Shown here piece by piece: positions 1 through 11,400 of a stretch of DNA of 55,890 nucleotides; the first letter of the stretch is position 1; each line of letters begins with the position of its first letter. Position numbers and translations under genes: made by a program. This stretch comes from a virus (Duplodnaviria; Caudoviricetes): IMG/VR virus record IMGVR_UViG_3300009507_000022, positions 1 to 55,890 of that record. One strand, 5' to 3'. The notes under the pieces were generated by a model. It did not search any database. It was given only the letters and a program-made list of their open reading frames with translations, and had not been told where the DNA came from.

Positions 1-782
1 TTTTGTCCAAAGTTTACCTTTACAACATTACCTTTGTCGTTGTTTACATATACTTTGAACTTCTTAACATCACCTTGCATAATCTTACCAAGTTCAACTT
101 TTCTACCTTGGTATTCTGCTTCGTATAAATCTTTTGGAGTTTCGCCCTTATGTAAATTTAGTTTTTGAGAATACTCTCTCATAAACTTAACAAATTCTTT
201 GATGTCTTGTTCGTTCTCTACATCATACTCTTCAACCTCACCATAATCTGATACTGTTGAAATGTAATCTTCTGCTTTTGTAATCAAAGACTGAACCCAA
301 GGTTCTAAATCACCCTTACCTTGAAGTTTTGTAATGAGTGCCTGTGCTTTTCTGATTGAAGTTTCTAATTGGTCTACTGCCATATCAGAATCAGACTCAC
401 CACCTTCGTTTACCGATTCGTTAAACATAGTACCAGTTCTCCAATCGCCAGTATGTTTCTTTAATACTTTGTAAATCTTTTGTATTTCTGAATCATCATC
501 GTGTCCAGCTCCCAATTCTATACTTAACTCACCTTTAGTTATAGGATGTTTACTGATGTAAACTTTGATTTTACTATTAATCTTTCTAATATCAGATTGT
601 ATTTTTGATAATTGTTGTGGGGTTACTTCTTCGTTAGATTCGTTTACCGCAGAAAATGCATTAACATATGGATTAGATACAACCTTACCCAACTCTGGAG
701 TAAAACCATACTTCTCTTCCATAAAGTTTTTTACATTATGGTATTCTTCTCTGATTAGTTCTTTCAGTTGTTTTTCAGTCAT
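1..782 (-). CDS. Modular putative head/internal virion protein (partial, runs off the window start)
   Basis: Open frame from ATG at 782 (MTEKQLKELIREE...) to base 1, not in the ORF track. Contains NESNEE/NESVNE linkers, LEPWVQSLITKAEDY and AEYQGRKVELGK...KFKVYVNNDKGNVVKVNFG modules that I recognise from large-phage proteins. Confidence 0.75.
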   Translation of the reverse strand, partial: MTEKQLKELIREEYHNVKNFMEEKYGFTPELGKVVSNPYVNAFSAVNESNEEVTPQQLSKIQSDIRKINSKIKVYISKHPITKGELSIELGAGHDDDSEIQKIYKVLKKHTGDWRTGTMFNESVNEGGESDSDMAVDQLETSIRKAQALITKLQGKGDLEPWVQSLITKAEDYISTVSDYGEVEEYDVENEQDIKEFVKFMREYSQKLNLHKGETPKDLYEAEYQGRKVELGKIMQGDVKKFKVYVNNDKGNVVKVNFGQ

Positions 783-783
783 C

Positions 784-1449
784 TTACTTAAACTTTTTAA
801 TTAGTTTTACTTGAACTGAATTACCTGGCTTACCTGCGATTGCAGCTACCAATGCCATTCTTTCTGGAAGTTTACCAACCTTAACGTATTGATATACTTT
901 TTCAATGTCTAATTTGTTATCATCAACAAACTTTTGGATAGCATCTTTGTTCAAACCAGTCAAACCACCAATTTCCATTGCAGTTCTTGATGCTGCTTCG
1001 TTTACTGATTCAGCTACAAATCCTTTTTGTAAAAGAGCTTTTTTGAAAGTTTCTAAATCTTTTTTGTTTTTGAAAATTTGAACATCAAAGAAATCACTAC
1101 CATCTTTGTGTTTCTTAACACCATCGTGATAGTTTACTACATATTTTGATTTACCAACACCATAGTTGGTATTGAATCTCTTTTTACCTTCGTTTACCGA
1201 TTCAACAATCTTCACAGGAACTAAAGCAGTACCTTTATCGGTCAACTTCATTACATATGGAACTCCATCAATTACCGATTTGTAATCTTTGTGAGTTTTT
1301 GCCCACTCTTTTTTAGAGATGGTATTTGTAATCTTAAAAGATGCAGCTTCGGATTTAGGAACACAATTAGGAACTTCTTTACCATTCTTCTTTTTCATTC
1401 CTACCATCTCGTAGTCATCCCAACACGGGCCTTCTTCTTTTAGTCTCAT
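784..1449 (-). CDS. Modular putative head/internal protein
   Basis: MRLKE N-terminus, CWDDYEMVGMKKKNGKEVPNCVP module, two ESVNE linkers separating short domains. Confidence 0.65.
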   Translation of the reverse strand: MRLKEEGPCWDDYEMVGMKKKNGKEVPNCVPKSEAASFKITNTISKKEWAKTHKDYKSVIDGVPYVMKLTDKGTALVPVKIVESVNEGKKRFNTNYGVGKSKYVVNYHDGVKKHKDGSDFFDVQIFKNKKDLETFKKALLQKGFVAESVNEAASRTAMEIGGLTGLNKDAIQKFVDDNKLDIEKVYQYVKVGKLPERMALVAAIAGKPGNSVQVKLIKKFK

Positions 1450-1458
1450 TGATGCTCC

Positions 1459-1758
1459 TTAATTGATATATGCGTTAAGTTCGTATCCGTTCTTCATACC
1501 ATACACTTGAATCTGAAGTGCTTTTCTTTGTAGTTTACCACCTTTAAGTAGACCTACTGTGAAACGAGTGTCCTTACCTACTGATGGTCTTGAACGAACA
1601 TTCTTACCACCCATTGCAATTTGAGATTGCCAATCATCTTCATCGATTTCGTATCCACGTTTTTCAGCAAACTTTTTTGCTTCTTCTGCAGCATCAGTAA
1701 ACGATTTGTGGTATACTTTATAATCTGCTTCTTTTAAAAGTGACTTTAACTTAATCAT
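1459..1758 (-). CDS. Putative internal head protein
   Basis: MIKLKSLLKE leader resembles a capsid-targeting/prohead-protease L-x-E site. Confidence 0.6.
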   Translation of the reverse strand: MIKLKSLLKEADYKVYHKSFTDAAEEAKKFAEKRGYEIDEDDWQSQIAMGGKNVRSRPSVGKDTRFTVGLLKGGKLQRKALQIQVYGMKNGYELNAYIN

Positions 1759-1767
1759 CAGAAATCC

Positions 1768-2526
1768 TTATTTTTTATATACAGACTCTTTAAAGATTCT
1801 CATACCGGCATTTTCTACCAATGTCTCAACCTTTTGTCCTAATGGTCTACCAATAGTCATTGAGATGTAGAATCCCATTGCGTTTACAATGTCTTTACCA
1901 TCCCACTTACAAATATTTGCAACGTCAGGACCCAAGTCGTAGTGATACATTTCCTCAAGGTCTTTCATTCCTTGTGGGTCACCTTCGTATTTTGCTTTAG
2001 GGAACAATTTAGCAACACCCTTTGCTTCACTATGGAAGTTGGCATCAGTCAAGGCACCCATCAAAATGTGCATTACTGCCCATTGGTGATTTGCGCCACC
2101 TTTTCTTAAATCTTTAAGATTTTTATCTAAAAGTTGTTTAACCTTTTTGTTCATCCCAGCATCTTCATTAAGAAAACTTTCTACGATTGATTTTAAGTTC
2201 ATATCACTCTCCGTTGATTCTAACATCTTTAACAATTTGTCATCTTTAATAATAAATGTATATCCAGCTTGATGCCCATATGGGTCATTTTCAAATTCAA
2301 GACCAGTTTTCTTTTTTAGATAAACTGCCGTAGTATTTCTAAACTCTGCATCAGCTAATCTTGGATTTGAACTTTTACGAAGGATATCTTCAATCGCATC
2401 TAAATCTTTAGATGACTTTGGTATAAGGTTAATCTGACCATTCTTGAATGATGTATAAAATTCAACCTTTACACCACCATAAGTGAATTTGGCCTTACCT
2501 TCTGATAACAACGATGTTAGTTTCAT
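1768..2526 (-). CDS. Two-module putative internal head protein
   Basis: MKLTSLLSE leader plus a second internal leader-like segment MNLKSIVESFLNE. Confidence 0.6.
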   Translation of the reverse strand: MKLTSLLSEGKAKFTYGGVKVEFYTSFKNGQINLIPKSSKDLDAIEDILRKSSNPRLADAEFRNTTAVYLKKKTGLEFENDPYGHQAGYTFIIKDDKLLKMLESTESDMNLKSIVESFLNEDAGMNKKVKQLLDKNLKDLRKGGANHQWAVMHILMGALTDANFHSEAKGVAKLFPKAKYEGDPQGMKDLEEMYHYDLGPDVANICKWDGKDIVNAMGFYISMTIGRPLGQKVETLVENAGMRIFKESVYKK

Positions 2527-3104
2527 TCTTTGTTCTCCAACTTCTGAATAAAGTTCTCTTTAAACATACGGAACTCATTCTCTATTTTTTCTTCCATCTC
2601 TTCCCAAGTCGTACCATCCCATTCCTCAATCGAACCATCTTCGTTGATGTAGCGGGCTTTGATAGCCAGTTTTAGAGCTTCTTTCTCAAGTTCAGCTTGT
2701 TTTAACCAAGCTTTACCATTGTCCAACATTTTTTGTCGTTCATACTCTTCGTACTTACCCTCAATCTTTAATTGATGTTCCATATCAATTACACAATCAA
2801 AGCACATTCCGTGAATGGCTTTCATCTTGAGGTCATTACGCTTGGGGTTTGTACAAGTACAAACATCCTTACGACATTTAGGGAATGTGTTGATGTCATT
2901 TCTCAACTCTGAAAGTTTACCAAGTTTAACCTTGTATCCTTTCTTTTGTTCCCAAATATTTCCTTCACCATCAGTCCATTGGTCACCAACTTCCCTTTTG
3001 ATAAAGTCCGTACTCTCTCCAAAAGCAACCGTGTTTTTGGTTTGAGTTCGGTGATTTCCAGCAATCATTTCTTTGACTGCTTTAATATTTTGCAATTTTG
3101 CCAT
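2523..3104 (-). CDS. Hypothetical protein with possible Zn-binding Cys cluster
   Basis: CRKDVCTC...HGMCFDC and a helical C-terminus; ATGA overlap with the next gene. Confidence 0.6.
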   Translation of the reverse strand: MAKLQNIKAVKEMIAGNHRTQTKNTVAFGESTDFIKREVGDQWTDGEGNIWEQKKGYKVKLGKLSELRNDINTFPKCRKDVCTCTNPKRNDLKMKAIHGMCFDCVIDMEHQLKIEGKYEEYERQKMLDNGKAWLKQAELEKEALKLAIKARYINEDGSIEEWDGTTWEEMEEKIENEFRMFKENFIQKLENKE

Positions 3105-3138
3105 AACTCTTTTGTATAGTTTTACTACTATAAGTATA

Positions 3139-5439
3139 TTAGAAATACATTAAACCCAAGATTTGGTTTAGTGATGCAAATGTACCTGTAAGTTTCATTG
3201 TGTATCCTTTGTAAGTAAATACAATACCCTCGTTTGGTACAATCTTATCTCTACCACCAACTGCGTTTAATCTTTCTAATTCCATTTTTAATTTTGCAAT
3301 CTTTTTTGGGTCACCTGACTTTTTAACATCACCGATGGTTTTGTCAAGTCTCTTCTGCATATCTCTCAATGCGCCATCAGGATTAACCGTGAGTGCTGAA
3401 GACATAAATGATAGAACCTCTGCGCCTACACCCAAGAAGATATCTTCAAACTTACGAAGATTATCTTTTGAGATTTTTGCCTGGTCAATCTTATCAGTTT
3501 TTTGTGCCCAATCTAATGTTTTCTTATCTGAAATGTTTTTACTATCCAAACGGAATCCTTTGTCGTAGAATGCCCATCTCTTTACCAATCCCATTTTGGT
3601 TTTGTTGTCCAAAGTAGTTGGTGAGTTTTTATCAACATACTCTTCCCACCATCTTTGATGATATTCAGCCACACCATCACTATCTTTAAGTTTGAACTCT
3701 TTTTGTACTTTGGATAGTTGACCAAAGAACTTTGATTTCATTTTTGATAGTTCTTGGTTTTGTGGAAGTTTTACCACAGGAGGGCCTTGGATGGTATACT
3801 TTGATTGAACATGAGCATTCACTTGTTTAATCATACCGGCAAGGATTCTTGCATCAGAGGTGTCTGCTCCAATTGCCTCACCCTTTTCATTGTATTCCAT
3901 TGTTCCGTGGAAAACTAATAGTGGTTGACCGTATGGTACTACATTAACTGACTCCGGCCAGATGACTTCAATGTTCATAAATTTTGAACCATCTTTGAAG
4001 ACTTTCTCTTTTTGTGCATCTGATAGTTTTGAAATAGCTGATTCCAAATCTCTCATTGCGAAGTTATACGCATCGGTCAAACCCCCTCTATTAGCAAACT
4101 TATCTGAAACACCTTTGATGTCCAATGCGTTAAGTCCCCTATCTTTGAGATGTGATTTATTTCTTGCAGCGATGATGCCTCTATCTTTTCTATATGAGAT
4201 AGCAAGTGCTTGTCCATCGGTTTTTTCTCTGGTAAATTCCAACTTACCATTTAGTGCTTTGTCGATGATAATTTTTAAATCACCGAAGGTTAATCCAAGT
4301 TCAGTATCAAATGGGTGATTCATGTGACCATATGCACCACCCTCGTTAAGGATACCTTCTTTAAGGTTGTTCTTTTTAGCTTTTTGCTTTTCGGTATCAA
4401 TTTTTGGAGTAAGGTTGTCGATTTCTTTTGGTTCTGCAAATTTAACAAACTCCATACCTAAACGAAGTGCGACTCTCTTAATGTGCTTTGCCCATTTAGT
4501 ATAACCAGGACGACCTGTGATGTCTTTACCATATCGTTTGGTCTGACCATCCATCGTGTCACCTGTTGGGAAGAATGATACACCCAAACGACCTGGACCT
4601 TTTGGATATTCGGTGGAAGTAATATTTTCCATCGAATCATCATCCATTAAATACGATACAATATCCCAACCTAATTTCCCAACAACATCATCCATTTCAG
4701 CACGAAATGTATTCATATTACCATAGAAAGCGCCAGGACCGTCATCCACCATACTTCTACCGATTGGTGAAACCGATGAACCTTCTTTTATAATTTCATT
4801 AATATCAATTGTTTGTAAGAATGACTCCATTACAGACTCAACCTTTGACATACGACCTGATACTAAATTAAAAATCTTTTGGTCAAACTTTGGGTATACT
4901 GATTTGAAAAACTTAATTCTTTTTTGTTCATCTGGCTCCGACATACCTTTGCGAACTTCAGTACCAGAAATACCACGACCTTGTGGTGGTACGATGTAAA
5001 CATATCCGTTATCTTTCATTGGAAGTGATGTATCACCCTTATATGGTTGGAAGAATCTTCCCTTACCCATACCCAATCTACCAGCATCTTTCTCACCAAC
5101 TACCGTGACAAACGCAGTTGTGTTCTCATCAAACTTTCCAAGAATTTCTTTTGGAGCGTATGGATTCTTTACTTGGTATATTTTATTTTTTGGAATACCA
5201 AACATCGTAGTCATTATCTGAACTTTTTCCTTAAATCGGAATGGTGACTTTGGTAATTCTACTTTATCAGAAGTTCCAATATAGACATTATCTTTACCAA
5301 ACTTTTTTACCAAATGTTGGTATACGGCGTTGTGACCTGAATGGAATGGGTGAAACCTACCTACATAGGTTACCACGGTTTTCTTAACATCTTCAGTTAA
5401 GATTGATTCTTTTACCCACTCGTTTATAAGCTTTCCCAT
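3139..5439 (-). CDS. HIGH-family nucleotidyltransferase fused to an ATP-dependent ligase-like (KxDG) domain
   Basis: N-terminal YVGRFHPFHSGH and ISGTEVR. C-terminal EKTDGQ, NIEVI, EGIVF and MKLTG resemble covalent nucleotidyltransferase motifs I, III, IV and V. Confidence 0.7.
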   Translation of the reverse strand: MGKLINEWVKESILTEDVKKTVVTYVGRFHPFHSGHNAVYQHLVKKFGKDNVYIGTSDKVELPKSPFRFKEKVQIMTTMFGIPKNKIYQVKNPYAPKEILGKFDENTTAFVTVVGEKDAGRLGMGKGRFFQPYKGDTSLPMKDNGYVYIVPPQGRGISGTEVRKGMSEPDEQKRIKFFKSVYPKFDQKIFNLVSGRMSKVESVMESFLQTIDINEIIKEGSSVSPIGRSMVDDGPGAFYGNMNTFRAEMDDVVGKLGWDIVSYLMDDDSMENITSTEYPKGPGRLGVSFFPTGDTMDGQTKRYGKDITGRPGYTKWAKHIKRVALRLGMEFVKFAEPKEIDNLTPKIDTEKQKAKKNNLKEGILNEGGAYGHMNHPFDTELGLTFGDLKIIIDKALNGKLEFTREKTDGQALAISYRKDRGIIAARNKSHLKDRGLNALDIKGVSDKFANRGGLTDAYNFAMRDLESAISKLSDAQKEKVFKDGSKFMNIEVIWPESVNVVPYGQPLLVFHGTMEYNEKGEAIGADTSDARILAGMIKQVNAHVQSKYTIQGPPVVKLPQNQELSKMKSKFFGQLSKVQKEFKLKDSDGVAEYHQRWWEEYVDKNSPTTLDNKTKMGLVKRWAFYDKGFRLDSKNISDKKTLDWAQKTDKIDQAKISKDNLRKFEDIFLGVGAEVLSFMSSALTVNPDGALRDMQKRLDKTIGDVKKSGDPKKIAKLKMELERLNAVGGRDKIVPNEGIVFTYKGYTMKLTGTFASLNQILGLMYF

Positions 5440-5447
5440 AATAATAA

Positions 5448-8447
5448 TTATCCTCTACTCTGACTTAACTCAATTTTTAGTTGATTTACTTCATCAGAAA
5501 GTTCTTGTATCGCTTTAATCATCGGAGATATTAGTTCAGTATATCGTAATCCCATCATAGACCCTGTTGTAATTCCTGCAAAATCTAAAGTGGTTTTATC
5601 AAACTGACCCAATGATGAACTCAACTCTTGAGCAATTAACCCATAGTGGGTTCTCGTTTTACCAACCCAATTATAACTCACAGGTCGTAGTTCGTTTACA
5701 AACGATAATCCTAAATCTGAAGATGTAATATTTTCCTTTTGAGTTACATCGGATGTTTGTATTGTACCATTTGTTGCGTAAACATCATCCCATCGTGCAT
5801 CCGGAACTCCTGTACTAACACTTGCTATTTGACCAAGGTCATATGTGTTATCTCTACCGGGAATAAAGTTTCCGTGATGTGCCGTTCCATACTTTGTTGT
5901 GGATAATGATGATTGGTCAAATTGTAATCCTTTTACAAACAATGCCTCGGAAGAAGCTGCTTTTACAAGTCTTATTTCACCAAGCCTCATCCAATTTACC
6001 GTACCGCCACCGCTGGCACTTTGGGCATACCAACTTATTTTAATTCTAAACTGATTTCTGATTGTGAGTGTAGTTCCGGATACGGATACTAACGCATCAA
6101 GGATTGGTACGTTTATAGATAACCACTCGGCAGCGTTTAGTGATGTTATTTCAAATCTTTTCCAAACAGCACTTGTGGTAGGGTGTTTAATTTCAACTCG
6201 TACAGTTGGGCCAAATCCACCAAACGAAGAGCCAAATTTTGCGGCCGTTTGTAAAACCAACCCATTTAATGATTCAAGCCCAATCAAACTTGATGGTAGG
6301 GTAATCACTTCACTTAAAATTGAAAAATCGGATGTTTCTCCTATACCCGAGTTTCCTGCTGAAAATATTACGTTATCAACGGTAGCGTCTGTGGTGTATT
6401 CTTCTGGATATCCCGTTGGCATCCCAATAGCATTCAACCCAATATTACCTTTTATATCAGACCACTTTTTAAAAGTAGGTGGTTCTGTATTTGATACATC
6501 ACTACCATCAACTGCCTTTGTGTACTTTGATGCGTATAATATAGTTCCGTGAAATGTAGATGTAGCAGTTGAACCAGAGTCACACGTCCAAGTTAAGTTA
6601 CCATAAGATATGGTACTACCAATAGTACCAACATTTACTTTTGACCCACCGTACGCCCAAGATGATGTAATGTCGGCGGATGAGGTTACCCACGATTCCA
6701 ATATGTACTCATTACTACTATCTTTTGCAATAGTACCTACAACTTGTACATCATCAAAACGACCCACTTGTGCAATAATGTTACCATCTATCTTTGCATT
6801 CGATGCGGTGATGTGTCCGTTTGATTTTAAAATCAATAAATCATTTGATGAATTGATTTGCGTTTCACTAACTTCAAATCCACCAATAACTGCTTCACCA
6901 TCTTTTGGATTTAAATGAAAGAATGATGAACTAATTTCTATATTACCACCGGACCCGCTGATAAATTGTGTATCATCAGTACCTATAAAAAATTCATCCG
7001 TAATAACTTTTAATTGACCACCATCATGAGTTGTGAAATAAAAACTGGACGACCCACCTTCAGATACCATTTCCATACCAACTCCAGGATATTGGTCATC
7101 TCCTAATTGTAGATTACCACTACCACTCCAAATAAGGAATCCACCGGCACCTTTTCCAAGTGAAGCTGATGTGAATCCATTATATCCTATTGACTTTAGA
7201 TAACCACTTGAGTGACCTGCCATCTCAATACCAGTTCCAATAGCGTTACCAATATGGAATGACCCACTAATCAAAGATTGGTCACCGCCAATGTATACGT
7301 TACCACCTTCAAATACAATATCTTCGACCACAAGTTCAGTTGATGATACTTCACCTACTGAATTTAAAAATTGTAATTTTAAGCTTTTTGGGTCTTTTAG
7401 GTGTTCCGTTGGGATTGGAACTTTATATGATAACGATGGTGTATTTTCTACTTTAGTATTACCAATCAAATCATAATCAGCATTGGTAAGACCTTGTGAC
7501 TTAATCAATGTGTTTATAGAATCAATTCTCCCCACAATAGGTTTTACATTTGTAAGTGTAAAATTTGCAAATGCAATTTGGTTTTGTGTAGAGGTGTCGG
7601 AGCCAGTTGAGTAGTATTCTATATTTACTTCAAGAGTACCATCGGAGTATTCGTATGTATGTATTGAACCATCGCTACGATTATCACTTGCTGTAATTGG
7701 TGTGTTAATCCTCATTATTGTTGAGGACGCCACTTCAGTTATACTGGCTGTAAATTGTGTGGGTTGTGGTTGACCACCACCAAGTCGTGGGAACAATGTT
7801 GGAATGTTTACTGCATAAACAGTACCACCAACCATTTCTGCATTAAAGTTTGATAATGCGTCGTATTCTAAAGTAGTTGTGTCACCAAACGTAGACTTTT
7901 TATAATATACCTCACTATTTGCAATTGTTTTAGTGAGTTTACTATTGGATACCTTTTTATTAGTAAAGGTCTCAATACTTGAAGATACGTTTACTCGTGG
8001 TAATAACGTAGAATTAAATACAATATTTGATACAGACTTTCTACTCTTATTTACATCAATCTTACGAGACCATCTAACAAGATTACCATCAGGCAGAGTA
8101 CCTAATAAAATAATTTGAGCAGTTCCGTTTGGAGTATTATAATTACGATTTTCAGGAAGGTCATATATCCAAACTGAAATTAATCTACCTTTGTCTTCTT
8201 CCTTGTATTTTGGAATTTCCCAGTAGATTGGCCTCTCATTTGAATCAAGAACCTCAATTTCAATTTTTGTATTTGGTAAAAACGCACCATCAACGGGACG
8301 TATCTTAAACGAGTTTTTACCCTCACCAAGATACTTTGGAAAATCAACAACACCAAAAAATTCAGCAGATTCAGGAGAGTTGTCCTCTATGCCAACCTTT
8401 TGTGATTTAAGATATATCTTTGATTTCTTCTTTAATTCCAGTGCCAT
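5448..8447 (-). CDS. Tail fibre/spike with C-terminal intramolecular chaperone (peptidase S74)
   Basis: Ser/Gly/Thr-rich beta sequence. C-terminal TSDVTQKENI...LRPVSYNW...HYGLIAQE...GLRYTELISPMIKAIQEL followed by a coiled coil. Confidence 0.85.
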   Translation of the reverse strand: MALELKKKSKIYLKSQKVGIEDNSPESAEFFGVVDFPKYLGEGKNSFKIRPVDGAFLPNTKIEIEVLDSNERPIYWEIPKYKEEDKGRLISVWIYDLPENRNYNTPNGTAQIILLGTLPDGNLVRWSRKIDVNKSRKSVSNIVFNSTLLPRVNVSSSIETFTNKKVSNSKLTKTIANSEVYYKKSTFGDTTTLEYDALSNFNAEMVGGTVYAVNIPTLFPRLGGGQPQPTQFTASITEVASSTIMRINTPITASDNRSDGSIHTYEYSDGTLEVNIEYYSTGSDTSTQNQIAFANFTLTNVKPIVGRIDSINTLIKSQGLTNADYDLIGNTKVENTPSLSYKVPIPTEHLKDPKSLKLQFLNSVGEVSSTELVVEDIVFEGGNVYIGGDQSLISGSFHIGNAIGTGIEMAGHSSGYLKSIGYNGFTSASLGKGAGGFLIWSGSGNLQLGDDQYPGVGMEMVSEGGSSSFYFTTHDGGQLKVITDEFFIGTDDTQFISGSGGNIEISSSFFHLNPKDGEAVIGGFEVSETQINSSNDLLILKSNGHITASNAKIDGNIIAQVGRFDDVQVVGTIAKDSSNEYILESWVTSSADITSSWAYGGSKVNVGTIGSTISYGNLTWTCDSGSTATSTFHGTILYASKYTKAVDGSDVSNTEPPTFKKWSDIKGNIGLNAIGMPTGYPEEYTTDATVDNVIFSAGNSGIGETSDFSILSEVITLPSSLIGLESLNGLVLQTAAKFGSSFGGFGPTVRVEIKHPTTSAVWKRFEITSLNAAEWLSINVPILDALVSVSGTTLTIRNQFRIKISWYAQSASGGGTVNWMRLGEIRLVKAASSEALFVKGLQFDQSSLSTTKYGTAHHGNFIPGRDNTYDLGQIASVSTGVPDARWDDVYATNGTIQTSDVTQKENITSSDLGLSFVNELRPVSYNWVGKTRTHYGLIAQELSSSLGQFDKTTLDFAGITTGSMMGLRYTELISPMIKAIQELSDEVNQLKIELSQSRG

Positions 8448-8467
8448 TAACGGACTCCATCACTTTC

Positions 8468-11400
8468 TTATAAATATGATACTTTAGAGAACCCACGAAC
8501 TTTATTGATATCAATTATCTGGTCAACCATATCTCGTGTCTTATCAATATGAGATATCGTGATGATAAAGTCAAATTGGGTCTTCAAGTAATCAAATAAT
8601 AAATATAGAGAATTAAAGTTGTCCGTGTCTAACGAACCAAACCCCTCATCAATAGCAATAAAGTTTGGTCGTGGTAGATTGGATACATTAATCAAAGCAG
8701 TTCTAATTGCGATAGATGAAATAAACTTCTCCATACCACTTGTAAGTTCTAATGGCCAATATTCGGTATCACCATATGCAATGTATGAGTTGATATTTTT
8801 ACCATCAGTATTTAATAGGATTTGAAAATCTACAATTGGTGATAGGATGTTATTAATCTCAATCTCCAACTTTGGTAGAACATCTGAAATTAGATTATAG
8901 GGGATGCCATCTCTCTTTACACACTTGAGGTAATATTCATATCCATCGAACCGAACTTCCATATCACGAAGTTTATCAATGGATTGATTTACATTCTCAA
9001 TAGTCTTTTCAGCAACCTTGATATCAGAATTGATTGTCATAATCTCATTAGTGGCATCATCAATATCATCTCGTAGTTGGTCTCGTGTGACTTTAAAAGA
9101 TTTTATCTTTTGTTGGATTTCAGCATTATGGCTTACTGCTTGCTCTTGGTCTTTAGCTCTTTGAATTTTTTCTTCGAGTGACTTGATGTCTAATTCAATG
9201 TCCTTAACCAACGATACACAATAATCATATGATTTACTTGACTTCAACCACTCTTTATCTAATTCAGCGTGTCTACTTGAAAGGCCTTCATACTCTTTGA
9301 GTTCTTTTGTAACATCCGACTTATCACGTTCAGACATTGTATTCAATCGTTCTGAAACAGTAGATGAATATTTCTTACCCAAAGACTCAATCTCATCTTC
9401 AAGACCTTGTGCTTGTTTAGCAAATGGTGTATTCTGATTCTTTACACAATGTTCACAATTATCATCAAAGGTTAATGAACCAATACCATCCAAATGTTTT
9501 TTAGCATGAATCATTTCGGATTCAATTTTATCCAAAGACAATCCAAGTTCATTGAATTTTCTATCCAATGATTTGTATTGGTTGTTTTTTTCTTGAAGTT
9601 CCTTAATATCGTATTTAGATATTTTGGTTGTGATTGACTTTTGTTCAGTCTCAATGTTATGAACCTCTGCAAGATTCAAGGCACATTCACTATCTTGTCT
9701 CTTACGTTCTTTTTGTAAAGATTGTAGTTGACCTTCTAAATCAGATACATCACCCAACTCCTCTACTGGTTTGAGATTACCCATCTCAAATTCAATTTTA
9801 GTATTTACCACATCACGTTTAGACTCTAACTCAACCTTTCTATCTTGTAGAGTGGTGAGAGACCCTGTAATGGATGTGATTGTATCTTCTGCCTCTGCAA
9901 GTTGTGTTGGTAGGTCTTGGTTCTTATAGTCCTTTAGAAGGGCTGATAGTTCCTTAATCTCCTCACTTGCGATTTGGTATAGACTTTCGAAGACATCCAT
10001 ATCCAAGAATTGTGCAAGTAGTTCCTTTCGTTCCTTTTGAGACTTGTCGATGAACCCACTATTGTTTGATTGGGTTGACATTGCCGTGAGAACGAAGTCA
10101 TCGTAAGTTCCAACATATTCTCTAATAATTGCGTTTGTTTCTCTTCGCTGTTCACCATTAAGAGATTCTATTTGCCCATCCACCACACGATAGAAATCAG
10201 TATCAACTTTTACAGTTCCCCTCTTTGGTGACTTCTTAGCAGTTCGTTCAATGGTGTAGTCAACACCATTCAATTCAAATGTAAACTTACAATCAAACGA
10301 CATCTTTGAGTAGTTCATCACATCCTCTGCTTTTGAGGTTCTTGAACACTTATCAAAAATACAAAATGAGAGAGCGTCCCAAAGGGTTGACTTACCACTT
10401 GCGTTTGGAGCAAAGATGCCATATGCTCCTTTCATCTGACTGAAGTCAATAACATTGTTAGGGCCATACGAGAACATATTTGAAAACTCAAATTGTTTTG
10501 GTATCCAAGTTGAGTTCGTAATTGTTCGTTGTGTTCCAAGTTTTGCGTTAATATCTTGGTTGATTGTTTTAACCACTTCAAGTTGTTCCTCGGTGAGATG
10601 TTCGGTGTCATTTAAGAATTCCTCAATCAGTTTGTTTTGGAACGCAGTGTCACGAACATTCTGAAGAATAATCTTTTCGTGTTCACCACCCTCTTTACGA
10701 GTGATAACTTTTTGTACGGTCAACTCTTGTACCTTACGACCCTTCTTTAGTTCAGCAAGAATCTTGTTAAGGTCAGATGCCTTTGTGTCTTTTACACGAA
10801 CTCGCATTCGTGGTTTTTGAGGGATTGGAGTATTTGATACAATCTTGCCCTCTTCAATATCTACCGTGACATATCCATAATCGTTATGAATTTTTACGAA
10901 TTTATTTTCACGAGTTTCTACATCCCATACCAAAATTCCGTGGTCTGGGTATTTAGCCTCTCCGTGATTCTGAACGATTAATGAACCTGGGTATTTAATA
11001 TTGTCTTTGCCTTGGACTGGATTATTTGGTTTGTGGATATCACCCAAAAGTACGATGTCGTATCCATCAAAGTTCCCAACACTAATGTTCTTGTTCTCTA
11101 TTGTAAACCCATGTTCGGTCTCAATCTTATCAACCGGCCCATGGAACATTGCAATTTTTACATCACCACTATAATCGGTTGCTGGTGGGAATCCTGGAAC
11201 ATTATCCCATACGGTCTGATGTACAAATGTAATACCACCAATTTCCCATGCACCACTATCTTTTAAGTAAACCAACCGTGGAAGTTTTAATGCGTTAACA
11301 ATGGGTGTTAATGCATCCAAACGAGATGGGTTATTTAAGTTAGCATCGTGATTACCTGGAATCACAATCGTTGGTAGTAGGTCTGATAATCGAGTAAAGA

